DNA from: a virus
Reading direction: 5' to 3' (one strand)
Length of the DNA: 64,000 nt
Virus record (IMG/VR): IMGVR_UViG_3300003629_000001
Shown: positions 48,917 through 58,696 of the stretch, one piece after another
Position numbering within the stretch: the stretch's first letter is position 1
Layout: each line of letters starts with the position of its first letter
Program-made: the position numbers and the translations under genes
Notes under the pieces: model-generated
Databases searched by the model: none
Seen by the model: the letters and a program-made list of their open reading frames with translations, nothing else
What the model was told of the DNA's origin: nothing

Positions 48917-49279
48917 TCAGTAGCGGTCGTACTTCTTGACCCACGACCCTTCTCCGAACTCTACGGCGATTTCGCCGTTGTCGATTTCGAGGGTGGCTTC
49001 CTGCTTCTCTTCGCCGTCCACGACCGCGACCGTCTTCACGTCCGCCTGTAGCAGTTCGCCGTAGTCTTCGTTGTGACGAGTCCCACGGTCGGGCGTGAGC
49101 CAGTCAACGAAATCGTCGTAGCCCAACTGTTCGGCTACGTCAGCCACGCCTTGTGGACTGAACATATTCGTCGCGCCCGTGTCTCGAATCAGCCACAGTT
49201 TGAGGTAGAAATCATCCACCTCTTCGGGTACGTCCGCGTCACACTGTGGAATGTTCCGAATTTCTATGTTGTTGCTCAT
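48917..49279 (-). CDS. DUF5049-like protein
   Basis: 'LIRDTGATNMF...V..VA..LGY...VDWL....Y'. Confidence 0.5.
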   Translation of the reverse strand: MSNNIEIRNIPQCDADVPEEVDDFYLKLWLIRDTGATNMFSPQGVADVAEQLGYDDFVDWLTPDRGTRHNEDYGELLQADVKTVAVVDGEEKQEATLEIDNGEIAVEFGEGSWVKKYDRY

Positions 49280-49285
49280 GATGGA

Positions 49286-49459
49286 TTACCCCGCGTTCGT
49301 CGGCGGGTTCGTCGTGTTATGGTCTTCCGGGCTATCACAGTCGCACTTGAGCCGGTAGACGCCGCCACAGTCCTTGCATTTGTACGCGGGAACCGTATCG
49401 CTCCCCCGCGTCGAAACCGATTCTCCGCCAGTCGTCGAACCACAGTGCTTACAGTGCAT
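49286..49459 (-). CDS. Zn-finger microprotein
   Basis: CKHC/CKDC/CDC..H; downstream of the conserved promoter. Confidence 0.55.
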   Translation of the reverse strand: MHCKHCGSTTGGESVSTRGSDTVPAYKCKDCGGVYRLKCDCDSPEDHNTTNPPTNAG

Positions 49460-49555
49460 TTCTATCGTCTCTCCGTACACTACAATAGTGTCCCTACTGA
49501 CTTAAGTCTTCCCCGTATGGGGAATGGTTAAGGGACTCCGGGTACAAGCAGGTGT

Positions 49556-49858
49556 ATGGACAAGAAGAGTGACGGCTATCACTTCGAGTTTGCTGGGGTC
49601 GAACTCACGTTGCCTGAAATGGCCGAGAGTGCGTTTGCTATGCTCCGCGACGACGAGGCCGCTGAATCCGACCCGACCGCGTGTGACCACCGTGTTGCTC
49701 TTCCTTACCGTGGTGGCTACGCGTGTGGAACGTGTCACACCGAAGTTGAACTCTCCGCCTGTCGCTACGTATGGGTGAATCTGGATAACGGCGTCGTGAA
49801 AATCGAACTCGGAAAACGACTCGGTGATTTGTTCAGCGATACGGCTACTGAAGACTGA
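49556..49858 (+). CDS. hypothetical Zn-finger protein
   Basis: CDH...CGTC; divergent promoter at 49500-49535. Confidence 0.55.
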   Translation: MDKKSDGYHFEFAGVELTLPEMAESAFAMLRDDEAAESDPTACDHRVALPYRGGYACGTCHTEVELSACRYVWVNLDNGVVKIELGKRLGDLFSDTATED

Positions 49859-49885
49859 AAACCGAAGAAAGTTTGTCGTCGCCCG

Positions 49886-50044
49886 TTACGCCTTTTCGTA
49901 GGTGACGACGCGGTAGTCTCGCTCGTCCGCGAGTTCGTAGGCCGCGTCTTCGTCGGTGGTCGTCACAACCGGGTCGGCTGGGTCGTCGTCGTACACGACG
50001 TACAGGATTCCCGGTGCTTCCGACCGCGAGATTGTTTCACTCAT
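49886..50044 (-). CDS. 52-aa acidic protein
   Basis: MSETISRSEAPGILYVVYDDD...; ATG lies 3 nt after the tRNA-like module. Confidence 0.55.
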   Translation of the reverse strand: MSETISRSEAPGILYVVYDDDPADPVVTTTDEDAAYELADERDYRVVTYEKA

Positions 50045-50046
50045 AA

Positions 50047-50614
50047 AGCACCCACCGGGACTCGAACCCGGTTTAATTCCGGCCTTTCACACCACAGGGC
50101 GCGACGACGCTCCTAACGCACGACGCGAAATCTGTGTCACTTCGGCGCTCGGGTGCTGACCACGCTTGGTTCCGTTCAAGCCCGCACGCCAACGTCAAGG
50201 CGGTGGTCGTGTGCGAGTCACCCGCGAGGTGGGTTCAACCCCTCGAACCGGCTACCGGCACGGGCGAGCGCAAGACGAGTGGTAAGTGCCGTAGACTCCC
50301 GCGACGTGGGCCATTACCCCACGGTTCGGTCGGGAAGGCGCTGGGTGATTGTTGCGACCCAGCCGCACCGAGGTATCGCGCCCTCGGCCACTTCGGCGCT
50401 GGCCCGGTGGCACGCCCGTAAGGGCTTCAGTCGGGTAGTTGACGCCGAGAGGCTGGTATTGAACCAGCCCGTCTCGCTTGAATCCCCCGCCGGGTGTGAC
50501 ACCGGGTACAGTCAGGGGAAAGTTCGCGTCAGGCGTCTACCTCTTACCGGGTAGACTTTGGGGTTCACCTGACGGAACCGGAGCGTGTGTACGCGAGGTC
50601 GCTCCCCGCGTACA
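50047..50614 (-). ncRNA. large structured non-coding RNA with 3' tRNA-like module (unknown family)
   Basis: conserved promoter at 50637-50650(-); no acidic ORF; long-range helices, many hairpins, T-arm CCGGGTTCGAGTCCCGG plus acceptor stem. Confidence 0.65.
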
Positions 50615-50757
50615 TAGTAGTAGCACCCCCTCGAACATAAGTCTTTCCCCATACAGGGATGAACAACGCGGGAAGAAGAATCCGGCTATACTCATATCTT
50701 GTAGTACCCCTATTGGCGAACGCTTTTTAGCCTGTGTTTAGAACCTTATTACAGAGC

Positions 50758-51186
50758 ATGAGTTTCATCCTGACCGACCTTGGTGAAGAATACGTCATGG
50801 AAACGAACACCAATGGCGTCACTCTCTCCGTAGGTCTTTACAACGACAGCACAGACGCCATTAGCGATAGCGACGACCTTGCGGCGCTTACTACCGAACC
50901 CGCTGGGTCGAACTACGCTCGTCAGTCGGATACCTTCGCTACGGCCAGTCTCTCGGGGGACTATGGATTCGACAACGACTCGCTGATTACGTTCGACACC
51001 AGCGACAGTTCACAGACGGTGGACGCGTACTTCATTGTCGCCAACTTCGACTCCGACGTTGCTGGCGACGGTGGAACGGCGTCTGACCACCTGATTGCGA
51101 CGGGAGCGCTTTCCCAGTCGCGGAATCTGTCGGACATTGACACCCTCGAAATTTCCGCTGGTGGCACTGGTGTCAAGGTCAACTAA
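50758..51186 (+). CDS. minor virion/fibre-associated protein
   Basis: 'E..GSNYARQ...NDSLITF...LIATGAL' pattern of small phage fibre-module proteins. Confidence 0.55.
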   Translation: MSFILTDLGEEYVMETNTNGVTLSVGLYNDSTDAISDSDDLAALTTEPAGSNYARQSDTFATASLSGDYGFDNDSLITFDTSDSSQTVDAYFIVANFDSDVAGDGGTASDHLIATGALSQSRNLSDIDTLEISAGGTGVKVN

Positions 51187-51308
51187 CCGCCGTGTCATAC
51201 GGAAATAACGAAACGCCGGTAGAAGGTTTGCCGATTTAAGCGTCAACGAGTCGTATAAACTCCCCACCACGGCTAAACATCTTCCAAACTAAACTAATAA
51301 GATAAATT

Positions 51309-54284
51309 ATGTTTCTATTTGACGGATTTGAAGATGGCGACGTAAATGAGTGGACTACTAATAACTTTGAAGCGAGTACCAACAGAAGTAATAGTGGTTC
51401 ATGGTCAGGTCTTGCTACATATAATAGCGGTACAAATCTCAATACCATTGACGATATACAAGGGTATAGACCGCTTTCTCAAAGAGTCAACTCTGGTACA
51501 TTTACAATAAGTTACTATTGGAACGAGAGTAGTAACGGGAATGGTCACTCGTTCGGTTTTGAAGACTCAAACGGGAATCCGATATGTGCATTGGGTAGTG
51601 ACAACCCACAATGGCTGGTTTTTGATGGAAGTTGGAATACAGTCGATAGCGGTGGTGCTGATTACGGTGATTGGGTTTACGGAGAAGTTACGATAGATTT
51701 TGATAATAACCAATTTGACTATTTCATTTCAGACCAAACATCTACAAAAAGTGTTTCGGGTACGTATAATTTCGCCAATAATGTATCATTAGACCGCGTA
51801 GCGTTGCGGGCAAATAGTAGTAATCGTTATGCGTATATCCAAGACAATACGGATAATAACAACATCGAAGTTTGGATTGACGATATAGAGCATGACGCGC
51901 TCGTATCGGCTCCTTCTACCCCACAGAATCTTACTTCGAGTGTTTCCGGTGATGATATTTCTCTCAATTGGGACGCGGTAAATTGGAATGGGGATAGAGG
52001 GTATTATGAAATTTACCGGGCGGTATCAAGCGGTTCGTCCCGTTCAGATTATACCAGTATAGCCACTGTTCAAGATGGAACGACGAACTATACAGATTCT
52101 TCACTGAATGACGGTGAACGGTATTACTACAGGGTAGACGCCAATAATTCCGCTGGTTCGTCAGGACTATCAAATCAAACGGCTGAAACAACGAGTCTTC
52201 CCGGCCCCAGCAATATTTCTGCTTCAGCGTTAGGTGACGATGTTACTATTTCATGGAATGACAACTCTGACAACGAAGACGGGTTTCAAATTTTTCGGGG
52301 AACCAGTAGTGGGTCACTGTCTTTGTTGGCTACGGTTGGAAGTAATACAACGAGTTACAGTGACAACAATTTGTCGGACGGTGAACGGTACTACTACCGC
52401 GTCGAATCGTACACCGAACACCGGAGTTCGTCAAGTGGTGAAGTAAATGCTCTCACCGGTCTTCCCGCACCCACTTCTCTGTCTCTGAATACGGGTACTG
52501 AAGACCAGATTACTATTTCATGGTCTGACAACTCGGATAATGAAGACGGTTTTGAGATATTCAGGGGAACCAGTAGTGGGTCACTGTCTTCAGTAGCAAC
52601 TGTTGGAAGTAATTCTACCAATTACACAGATAGCGGATTGGCTGACGGTGAACGGTACTACTACCGCGTCGAATCGTACACCGAGCATACGGCTTCGTCA
52701 AGTGGTGAAGTGAGCGGAGTAACGGTTCTCCCAGCCCCGAGTTCGCTATCCACGGCGTCAAACACCGAAGATGAACTGGATTTATCATGGACGAACAACT
52801 CGGATAATGAAGACGGGTTTGAGATATTTCGGGGGACGAGTAGCGGGTCGCTCTCTTCAGTGACAACTGTCAGTGCGGGTTCAACGGCATATACGGATAC
52901 TGGATTGGCTGACGGGGAGAAGTATTTCTACCGCGTCGAATCGTACACCGAGCATACGGCTTCGTCCAGCAATGAAGCGAGCGAAATTACAATTCTCCCG
53001 GCCCCTTCGTCGCTTTCAACGACAACACAGGGAACAGACCAAATCGACCTGTCTTGGACGGATAACAGCGACAATGAAGGAGAGTTCCGAATTGAGCGTG
53101 ATACTGGAAGCGGGTTTAGTCAAATTACTACTGTCACTTCTAATACAATTTCATACTCGGACACTGGCTTGGAATCGAACAGTTCCTACACCTATCGCGT
53201 CAGAGCGGCAACAGTTCATACAACGTCGGGATATAGCAACGAGTCTACTTCTACAACGGATAGATTCGTTGTAACTGAAAGCGGGAATATTACCACTTCA
53301 GTAGGTGTTTCAACAACGTCTACTGAAACCGGAACGCTCCTTTCCCAAACTCTGTTGACAGATTCCACAGCCAGCGTCAATACGCTTACTGAAACGTCTA
53401 CAAAGTTGGTAGGGAGTTCTGTTACGCCGACAACCACAACAACTCAATCCGTATTTGAACAAACAATTTCGCAAGCGGGGGCTGACGTTACGCCGACAAC
53501 CACGACCGTATTCACAGCGGGAACTACTACTCGCTCTACACTTATTACCACTATCAGTTCCGGGCTTGCGAGTCCGATTACAGGTAATTCAGACTCTACA
53601 TTGACTGTTGACGGTAGTATAACGGACGCCACTGGCATTGTGCTATCTGTCGATATTGACGGTTTTGCTCTTGGTGACGCACAAATCACAGACGCGAATC
53701 CGTCGTTGTTGGTGGCTGATAACCTGACCACGGCGGCTTCGGAAAGTGTGGTAACTGGGAGTGTAGCGTCTGTTCAGCAAAATGATGAAATCGGAATTTC
53801 TCGTCCGAATACTGTTCTGACCGAAGGTCAAGCGTCACCACTTCTTCCTTCTGAAGTGGGAACATTAACTGTCATTCCCAGTTTTGTATCCTCTGTCGGA
53901 ACACCGACTACTGTCGAAGAGATAATCACTTCGCTCGAAACCGGTGTGATAACCTCGGCTTCAGCGTCTACCTTCGGGACAAATACAACGACGACAGCAC
54001 AGGGAGAGGCGTTAATAATCAGTGCTACCGGAACACCGTCAACAGCCGGAACATCGGGATTCCAAGAGATTACTGGTCAAGTGACTCTCAATGGAATCGG
54101 TGTTGGTGGGGCTGTCATTTACGTCATTGATACTGAAACTGACAGTATCGTTGGAACCGAAACAACGGATGGGAACGGGGAATATCTTTTGACTGTTCCC
54201 AGCGAACCATTGTATCACGTTACAGTTCAGTACGACGACGGGAGTGAGAAATACAACGCACTCTCGAAACCCTATGTGGACTAA
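51309..54284 (+). CDS. adhesin-like protein: lectin-like N-terminal domain, 5 fibronectin-III repeats, Ser/Thr-rich stalk, C-terminal Ig-like domain
   Basis: five 'P..P..L....I.LSW.DNSDNE.GF.I.R...Y.D..L....YYYRV' units; C-terminal 'ITGQV...GA.I...TTDGNGEY'. Confidence 0.8.
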   Translation: MFLFDGFEDGDVNEWTTNNFEASTNRSNSGSWSGLATYNSGTNLNTIDDIQGYRPLSQRVNSGTFTISYYWNESSNGNGHSFGFEDSNGNPICALGSDNPQWLVFDGSWNTVDSGGADYGDWVYGEVTIDFDNNQFDYFISDQTSTKSVSGTYNFANNVSLDRVALRANSSNRYAYIQDNTDNNNIEVWIDDIEHDALVSAPSTPQNLTSSVSGDDISLNWDAVNWNGDRGYYEIYRAVSSGSSRSDYTSIATVQDGTTNYTDSSLNDGERYYYRVDANNSAGSSGLSNQTAETTSLPGPSNISASALGDDVTISWNDNSDNEDGFQIFRGTSSGSLSLLATVGSNTTSYSDNNLSDGERYYYRVESYTEHRSSSSGEVNALTGLPAPTSLSLNTGTEDQITISWSDNSDNEDGFEIFRGTSSGSLSSVATVGSNSTNYTDSGLADGERYYYRVESYTEHTASSSGEVSGVTVLPAPSSLSTASNTEDELDLSWTNNSDNEDGFEIFRGTSSGSLSSVTTVSAGSTAYTDTGLADGEKYFYRVESYTEHTASSSNEASEITILPAPSSLSTTTQGTDQIDLSWTDNSDNEGEFRIERDTGSGFSQITTVTSNTISYSDTGLESNSSYTYRVRAATVHTTSGYSNESTSTTDRFVVTESGNITTSVGVSTTSTETGTLLSQTLLTDSTASVNTLTETSTKLVGSSVTPTTTTTQSVFEQTISQAGADVTPTTTTVFTAGTTTRSTLITTISSGLASPITGNSDSTLTVDGSITDATGIVLSVDIDGFALGDAQITDANPSLLVADNLTTAASESVVTGSVASVQQNDEIGISRPNTVLTEGQASPLLPSEVGTLTVIPSFVSSVGTPTTVEEIITSLETGVITSASASTFGTNTTTTAQGEALIISATGTPSTAGTSGFQEITGQVTLNGIGVGGAVIYVIDTETDSIVGTETTDGNGEYLLTVPSEPLYHVTVQYDDGSEKYNALSKPYVD

Positions 54285-54287
54285 CCA

Positions 54288-56507
54288 ATGCCTAAATACG
54301 CCGCACCGGACTCGGATAACGTCAATTTCGAGTTAGAAGGGTACACTGAAGCGGTCAGCGACGACGTTGATTTTGAACTTCAAGGAATTACGACCGACAC
54401 CGGGTCGATAAGCACCGCGAGTGCCGATTCCGTTGTCAGCACGGAAGGGGCTACGCTTACCGCCGAAACGACCGTTACGCCAGCCACGGCTACTCCCAGC
54501 GATACAACGTCGGTGTCTACAGCCATTTCGTCGGGTACTGTCACAAGCACAGTAGCAACGACGACCACGGCAACTATATCGGCCACCGCCACACCCGAGT
54601 CAGCGATTACAGCGGCCAATGCGTCACCAATCACTGAAAGTCGGGAAGCGAAAGACAATGGTTCTATTACCACAATTCAAGCGTCTGACATTGTGGCTTC
54701 AGAGGTCGGAACCAAGCAAGCGACGACAGTAGTTACGGTGGCAACGGCGAGTTCCACAACTACTTCGGAAACCGCAACACTTCGCTCTCCAACGAGTATT
54801 ACACCCGCGTCGGCTTCCGCTATTAGTGCTACAGTTTCGACAAGAGCGTCAGTTTTACCGATTCTCACGGGTGCTGACGCGACAAGTAAACTATCGGGGG
54901 AGAGCGCTCGCCAAAGAGTCAGTACATTAGTATCTAATGCGGAAGGAAGCCCGCTGTCAGCCACCTCGGAAACCGCATCCTCACTTGTCAGTAGCCCTAC
55001 TGACGCCAGTGCGACAACCACGGCAACGGGTACGTTTACAAAAGCCCTCGGCGGTGGTGTCATTATTCCCGCAACCGGGAGTTCCCCGACCACTGACGAA
55101 TTTAGTCTTCTCCGTGAGAAAGGAGCAATTATCGACGCGCAAGCGGTTCCACTCTCCGCGCCTTCGACACTCGGTATTACAGTAGCGACAGAACTCGTCT
55201 CCGCACAAGCGTCGTCACTTCAGTCTGAAGACTCGGGGGCGTCCAGTGTCGGAGCAATTCTAACAGACGCATTCGGTGCGACAGACACAGTAGACGAACA
55301 AACGCGTTCGGCTACACAGGGTGTTCTTACGGACGCTACAGCAACTTCTCTGTCCGCTCTCGAAGAAACCCTTGCACTCCTCGCCGGAGATATTACAGCG
55401 GCCAGCACGACGACGCTGGGGACGCCAGCGACGACGAAAGCCTTCGGTGGGAGTGACCCGACGCTGGCAACCGCGACACCGTTCGGCCCCGACGAGTTCG
55501 CCAGTCTACGAGATACACCCGAAATCACGCTGGCAAGAGCGACGACGCTGGCTACGGATACCGCCACAGGTTCGACCGTAGACGGTACAATTACAGCGGC
55601 TACGGCGACTCCCGAATCTCTTGACGAACTCACTCGCTCCCGTGGTGGCGCGGCACTCACGGACGCACAGGCGACAGTAACAGGCGTGGATACACTCACG
55701 CTCGCCAGTGGGACAGACGGCCCTGTCTCGGCGGCCAGCACGACGCTCACGACGACCGAGCAAGGGACGGCACTCACGACCACGGAAATCACTCCGGCCT
55801 CTGCTACGCCGCTCACGACGCTGGAAGATACCCTCGCGCAAACAGCCAGTGCTATCACCTCGGCCAGTGCGACCACGACAGCCACAAGCGAAGCCACGCG
55901 GGCCAGTCCGAACTCGTCGGTCACGTCCACAGTAGGGGTATCAGTGAGCGCTGGGGAACTCGGAACGGCGACCGACCCAGCGTCCATTTCGTCAGCGACG
56001 GCCTCTCCGCTACAAATCACCGAAATCGTCGTCTTCACGCAAATCCCCGAAGCGACGGCGACAACGCTTCAGGCCAACGAAACGACGCAATCAACGGAGA
56101 ATCCCGGCGTTGTCTCGGCGGTGGCATTCGTCACGACCGCACAAGCCCGACGCCCGCCGGTCACTATCAAGCGGACGGTCGAATGGAACCTACAAGTAGA
56201 CCGAACGCTGGCACAGCAAATCGCCGTTACACGCACCCTCGTAGAACACGCCCTCGAAACGCGCACCGTCGAATACCACAGCACGCACAGTCGGACGGTC
56301 GCGGATAGGAGTACGACCGCTCGAACCCTGACCTACACGGCGGAACAGGTACGCACACTCGTCGCTGGAAACCCCGACCGACTACTGAAAGCCACGTTCC
56401 CGACGCGCACAGTCACCGAACCGGTTCTGGACGAAACCCTCGTCTACAGTAGCCTTGACCGGCTTCTTGAAGACAAGCATATCCGACGCACTCTTGAGGA
56501 AGATTGA
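54288..56507 (+). CDS. Thr/Ala/Ser-rich repetitive fibre/stalk protein
   Basis: about 25-aa quasi-repeats '(I/L)T.A.A.....E'; C-terminal 'RT(L/V)' repeats. Confidence 0.7.
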   Translation: MPKYAAPDSDNVNFELEGYTEAVSDDVDFELQGITTDTGSISTASADSVVSTEGATLTAETTVTPATATPSDTTSVSTAISSGTVTSTVATTTTATISATATPESAITAANASPITESREAKDNGSITTIQASDIVASEVGTKQATTVVTVATASSTTTSETATLRSPTSITPASASAISATVSTRASVLPILTGADATSKLSGESARQRVSTLVSNAEGSPLSATSETASSLVSSPTDASATTTATGTFTKALGGGVIIPATGSSPTTDEFSLLREKGAIIDAQAVPLSAPSTLGITVATELVSAQASSLQSEDSGASSVGAILTDAFGATDTVDEQTRSATQGVLTDATATSLSALEETLALLAGDITAASTTTLGTPATTKAFGGSDPTLATATPFGPDEFASLRDTPEITLARATTLATDTATGSTVDGTITAATATPESLDELTRSRGGAALTDAQATVTGVDTLTLASGTDGPVSAASTTLTTTEQGTALTTTEITPASATPLTTLEDTLAQTASAITSASATTTATSEATRASPNSSVTSTVGVSVSAGELGTATDPASISSATASPLQITEIVVFTQIPEATATTLQANETTQSTENPGVVSAVAFVTTAQARRPPVTIKRTVEWNLQVDRTLAQQIAVTRTLVEHALETRTVEYHSTHSRTVADRSTTARTLTYTAEQVRTLVAGNPDRLLKATFPTRTVTEPVLDETLVYSSLDRLLEDKHIRRTLEED

Positions 56508-56525
56508 CCAACGTTATATCAACGA

Positions 56526-56873
56526 ATGCCACACCTCATTGAGCGGAACGACCACTACGTCGCCGGGGAAACCGCACAGTGGTCGTTCACTGTCGAAAAA
56601 GATGGAAGCGCGAAAGACCTGACCAACGCCACAGTCGAATGGTATCTCGTTCCCAGCAAGGGCGACCCTGACGAAGACGCTCTGTACGACGACAGTGATA
56701 CGGGTATCACCGCTCAAGTCACCGACGCCACCGCCGGTGAACTCGAAGTGGTAATCGACAGAGACGTGACCACAGGCGACGGCGGGAACAAATACTGGCA
56801 ACGCCTAATCGTCACCGACGACCAAGACCGAACGCAAATCTGGAACGGTCACTTCCCGATTCAGGTTCGTTAG
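56526..56873 (+). CDS. BppU-like/Ig-like fibre-attachment protein
   Basis: 'GET...FTV..DG...DLT.AT....TDA..G...V......T....Y' pattern. Confidence 0.55.
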   Translation: MPHLIERNDHYVAGETAQWSFTVEKDGSAKDLTNATVEWYLVPSKGDPDEDALYDDSDTGITAQVTDATAGELEVVIDRDVTTGDGGNKYWQRLIVTDDQDRTQIWNGHFPIQVR

Positions 56874-57214
56874 GCGTTGGGGACAGTTGGTTCGTCGTCG
56901 GAGAACGCCAGTTCGTCAAGGTCTACCTCTTCCTCGGGATTGTCAGCGTCCACCAGCGGTTCAGTGAACGTTTCCACCTCTTTACGGAAGAGGTTCAGCA
57001 CCTCTTCGACCGAACTCTCTGTGCTGACGCTCCCGTGCTGTTTGGTGATACTCGTCACCAGCGACTCGTAGATTTCGTCTTGGTCTTTCAGCACTTCGAC
57101 GCCTTCCGCGAGTCGCTGGTACGCCAGCATTTTCCTGAACCCACGCGTGTTCAGAATCGCTTCGATTTGTTCGTCAGTCAGTTCGTCTACCGTGATACGG
57201 TCTTTGTCGTTCAT
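56870..57214 (-). CDS. hypothetical protein
   Basis: acidic 114-aa ORF. Confidence 0.6.
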   Translation of the reverse strand: MNDKDRITVDELTDEQIEAILNTRGFRKMLAYQRLAEGVEVLKDQDEIYESLVTSITKQHGSVSTESSVEEVLNLFRKEVETFTEPLVDADNPEEEVDLDELAFSDDEPTVPNA

Positions 57215-57849
57215 TCGTCTTCCTCGTTGTCGAAGGCTTCACCGGTAAACTGTTCCCACGTCTCGTCGTCCACGTCGTATCGCCGGACGGCTTCGTAAAT
57301 CAGCCGCCCTTGCTCTTCGGTGTAGTTCCGATGTTCAATCAGAATCTCTCCGAAGAAATTGAGCGCCTGTTTCTCGTATCCGCAAATGTCGTCGTACAAC
57401 GGCGGAAGGTCAGGCGAGATATTCCCGAACGCGCTCTGGTCGTCAATCTCTTCGAGTTGGGTGTTGAACGCCGCGACGGCTTCGACGCACTCCGAAAGCC
57501 AGTTCCAAAACTGGTTCGACGGAACCACGTCTTCCTTTTCAACGAACTCGAAGATTGCATTCCGCTCCCTCTCGCCGTTGAATCGACTGTGGTAGTCCAT
57601 CCACAGCGTCGAAGGCCCTTCTCCGGTCGAACCGACAGTAACCGGCACACGGCTCTCTACGCCGTCCACAGTCTTGTCCGACAGTAGCGCCCACTGGGTT
57701 ACTTGTCCGCTGTCGTCACGGAAGACATGGAACCGAAACGGCTCACGCTCTTTCTGAACGCGTTCAGCGGCGGCACGTTCCACCTCTTCAACCATTTCAT
57801 TCCATGTCTCGTCCACGTCGCTCTCGTCGTCAGTTCCAAGTCCGAGCAT
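57211..57849 (-). CDS. hypothetical protein
   Basis: acidic 212-aa ORF. Confidence 0.65.
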   Translation of the reverse strand: MLGLGTDDESDVDETWNEMVEEVERAAAERVQKEREPFRFHVFRDDSGQVTQWALLSDKTVDGVESRVPVTVGSTGEGPSTLWMDYHSRFNGERERNAIFEFVEKEDVVPSNQFWNWLSECVEAVAAFNTQLEEIDDQSAFGNISPDLPPLYDDICGYEKQALNFFGEILIEHRNYTEEQGRLIYEAVRRYDVDDETWEQFTGEAFDNEEDE

Positions 57850-57912
57850 TACGTATTCAGGAATGAGTTGAATCCCCTTAAAGTTATAGGTCTATAGAAT
57901 AATCTCCTTCAT

Positions 57913-58266
57913 ATGGTAACGATAAAGACAGGCGACGACCCCGGCCCTGATATTGACATACCCGAGTACGAACAGCCGGACTACTACAAAACGAAACTCG
58001 TCTTCTCCGTGCTATTCGCCGGATTGACAGGCGCGGTGTGTTGGCCCACCGCCGCGTTCTATTGGGCGTTCATCTACGTATGTAAGCACGTCGCCAGTCT
58101 CTTTGGAATCAACACAGGGTGGCGCTCGTACTACTACACGCTCGCCTTGAGACTCGCCGTCGCTCCCCTGAAAGCCTTCGACTGGCTACTCATTCCCGAC
58201 GAGTTCCACAGGGACAATCCGTTCATTCCCGAAGACTACAAAGAAAACCTCGAAGACTCACAGTAG
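57913..58266 (+). CDS. small membrane protein
   Basis: hydrophobic core. Confidence 0.55.
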   Translation: MVTIKTGDDPGPDIDIPEYEQPDYYKTKLVFSVLFAGLTGAVCWPTAAFYWAFIYVCKHVASLFGINTGWRSYYYTLALRLAVAPLKAFDWLLIPDEFHRDNPFIPEDYKENLEDSQ

Positions 58267-58283
58267 GGGTAATAGCGACTCAC

Positions 58284-58694
58284 TCACTCAATCTCAATCA
58301 GCGGTTCCTCGAACTGTAAGGAGTCCAAATGTTCTAACTCCCGCGACGTTCCCAGCGGCCCGTAGGCTATCAGTTCCTCGCCCATAGCCAAGAACCAACC
58401 GTCTACCACACCACTGGCGTCGTGAAGGTGAAGTTCAGTACCGCCGCTGTCACCGTGGTCGTGGACGTACTCGGCCCGCTCATATCGTAGGGGTTCGGTC
58501 GTAATATCGGACAAGTCCTGAACCTCTCCGTCCACCGACCGATTGAACAAACCGACCATAGTGGCGTCCGGTTCGTTTACGACCACTTCGACGTAGCCAC
58601 CAATCGACAGGTGGAACGTATGAGTGTGACCGACCTTGCCACTCCCCCGAAGCGCTTCGAGCATTCGTTCGTTCAGGTCAGGTGAGATTGGCAC
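58284..58694 (-). CDS. IGGYV-motif protein (paralog of 37550..37933)
   Basis: HLSIGGYVEVVV ... RAEYV...G vs DLSIGGYVTI ... RAEFV..GG. Confidence 0.6.
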   Translation of the reverse strand: MPISPDLNERMLEALRGSGKVGHTHTFHLSIGGYVEVVVNEPDATMVGLFNRSVDGEVQDLSDITTEPLRYERAEYVHDHGDSGGTELHLHDASGVVDGWFLAMGEELIAYGPLGTSRELEHLDSLQFEEPLIEIE

Positions 58695-58696
58695 AG

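Noticed and set aside
50047-50156. Canonical tRNA or tmRNA
   Set aside because: No U8 or D-loop GG, no 7-nt anticodon loop, no clear BHB and no G3-U70; treated as a tRNA-like module only
50510-50692. Plus-strand GGGGAAAGTTC ... AGAATCCGGCTA, superficially like RNase P RNA conserved regions
   Set aside because: The P4 pairing does not form convincingly, and the promoter and T-arm orientation point to the minus strand
52200-53000. Diversity-generating retroelement or invertible fibre cassette
   Set aside because: The repeats are in-frame FN3 duplications; no reverse transcriptase, invertase or adenine-specific TR/VR pattern
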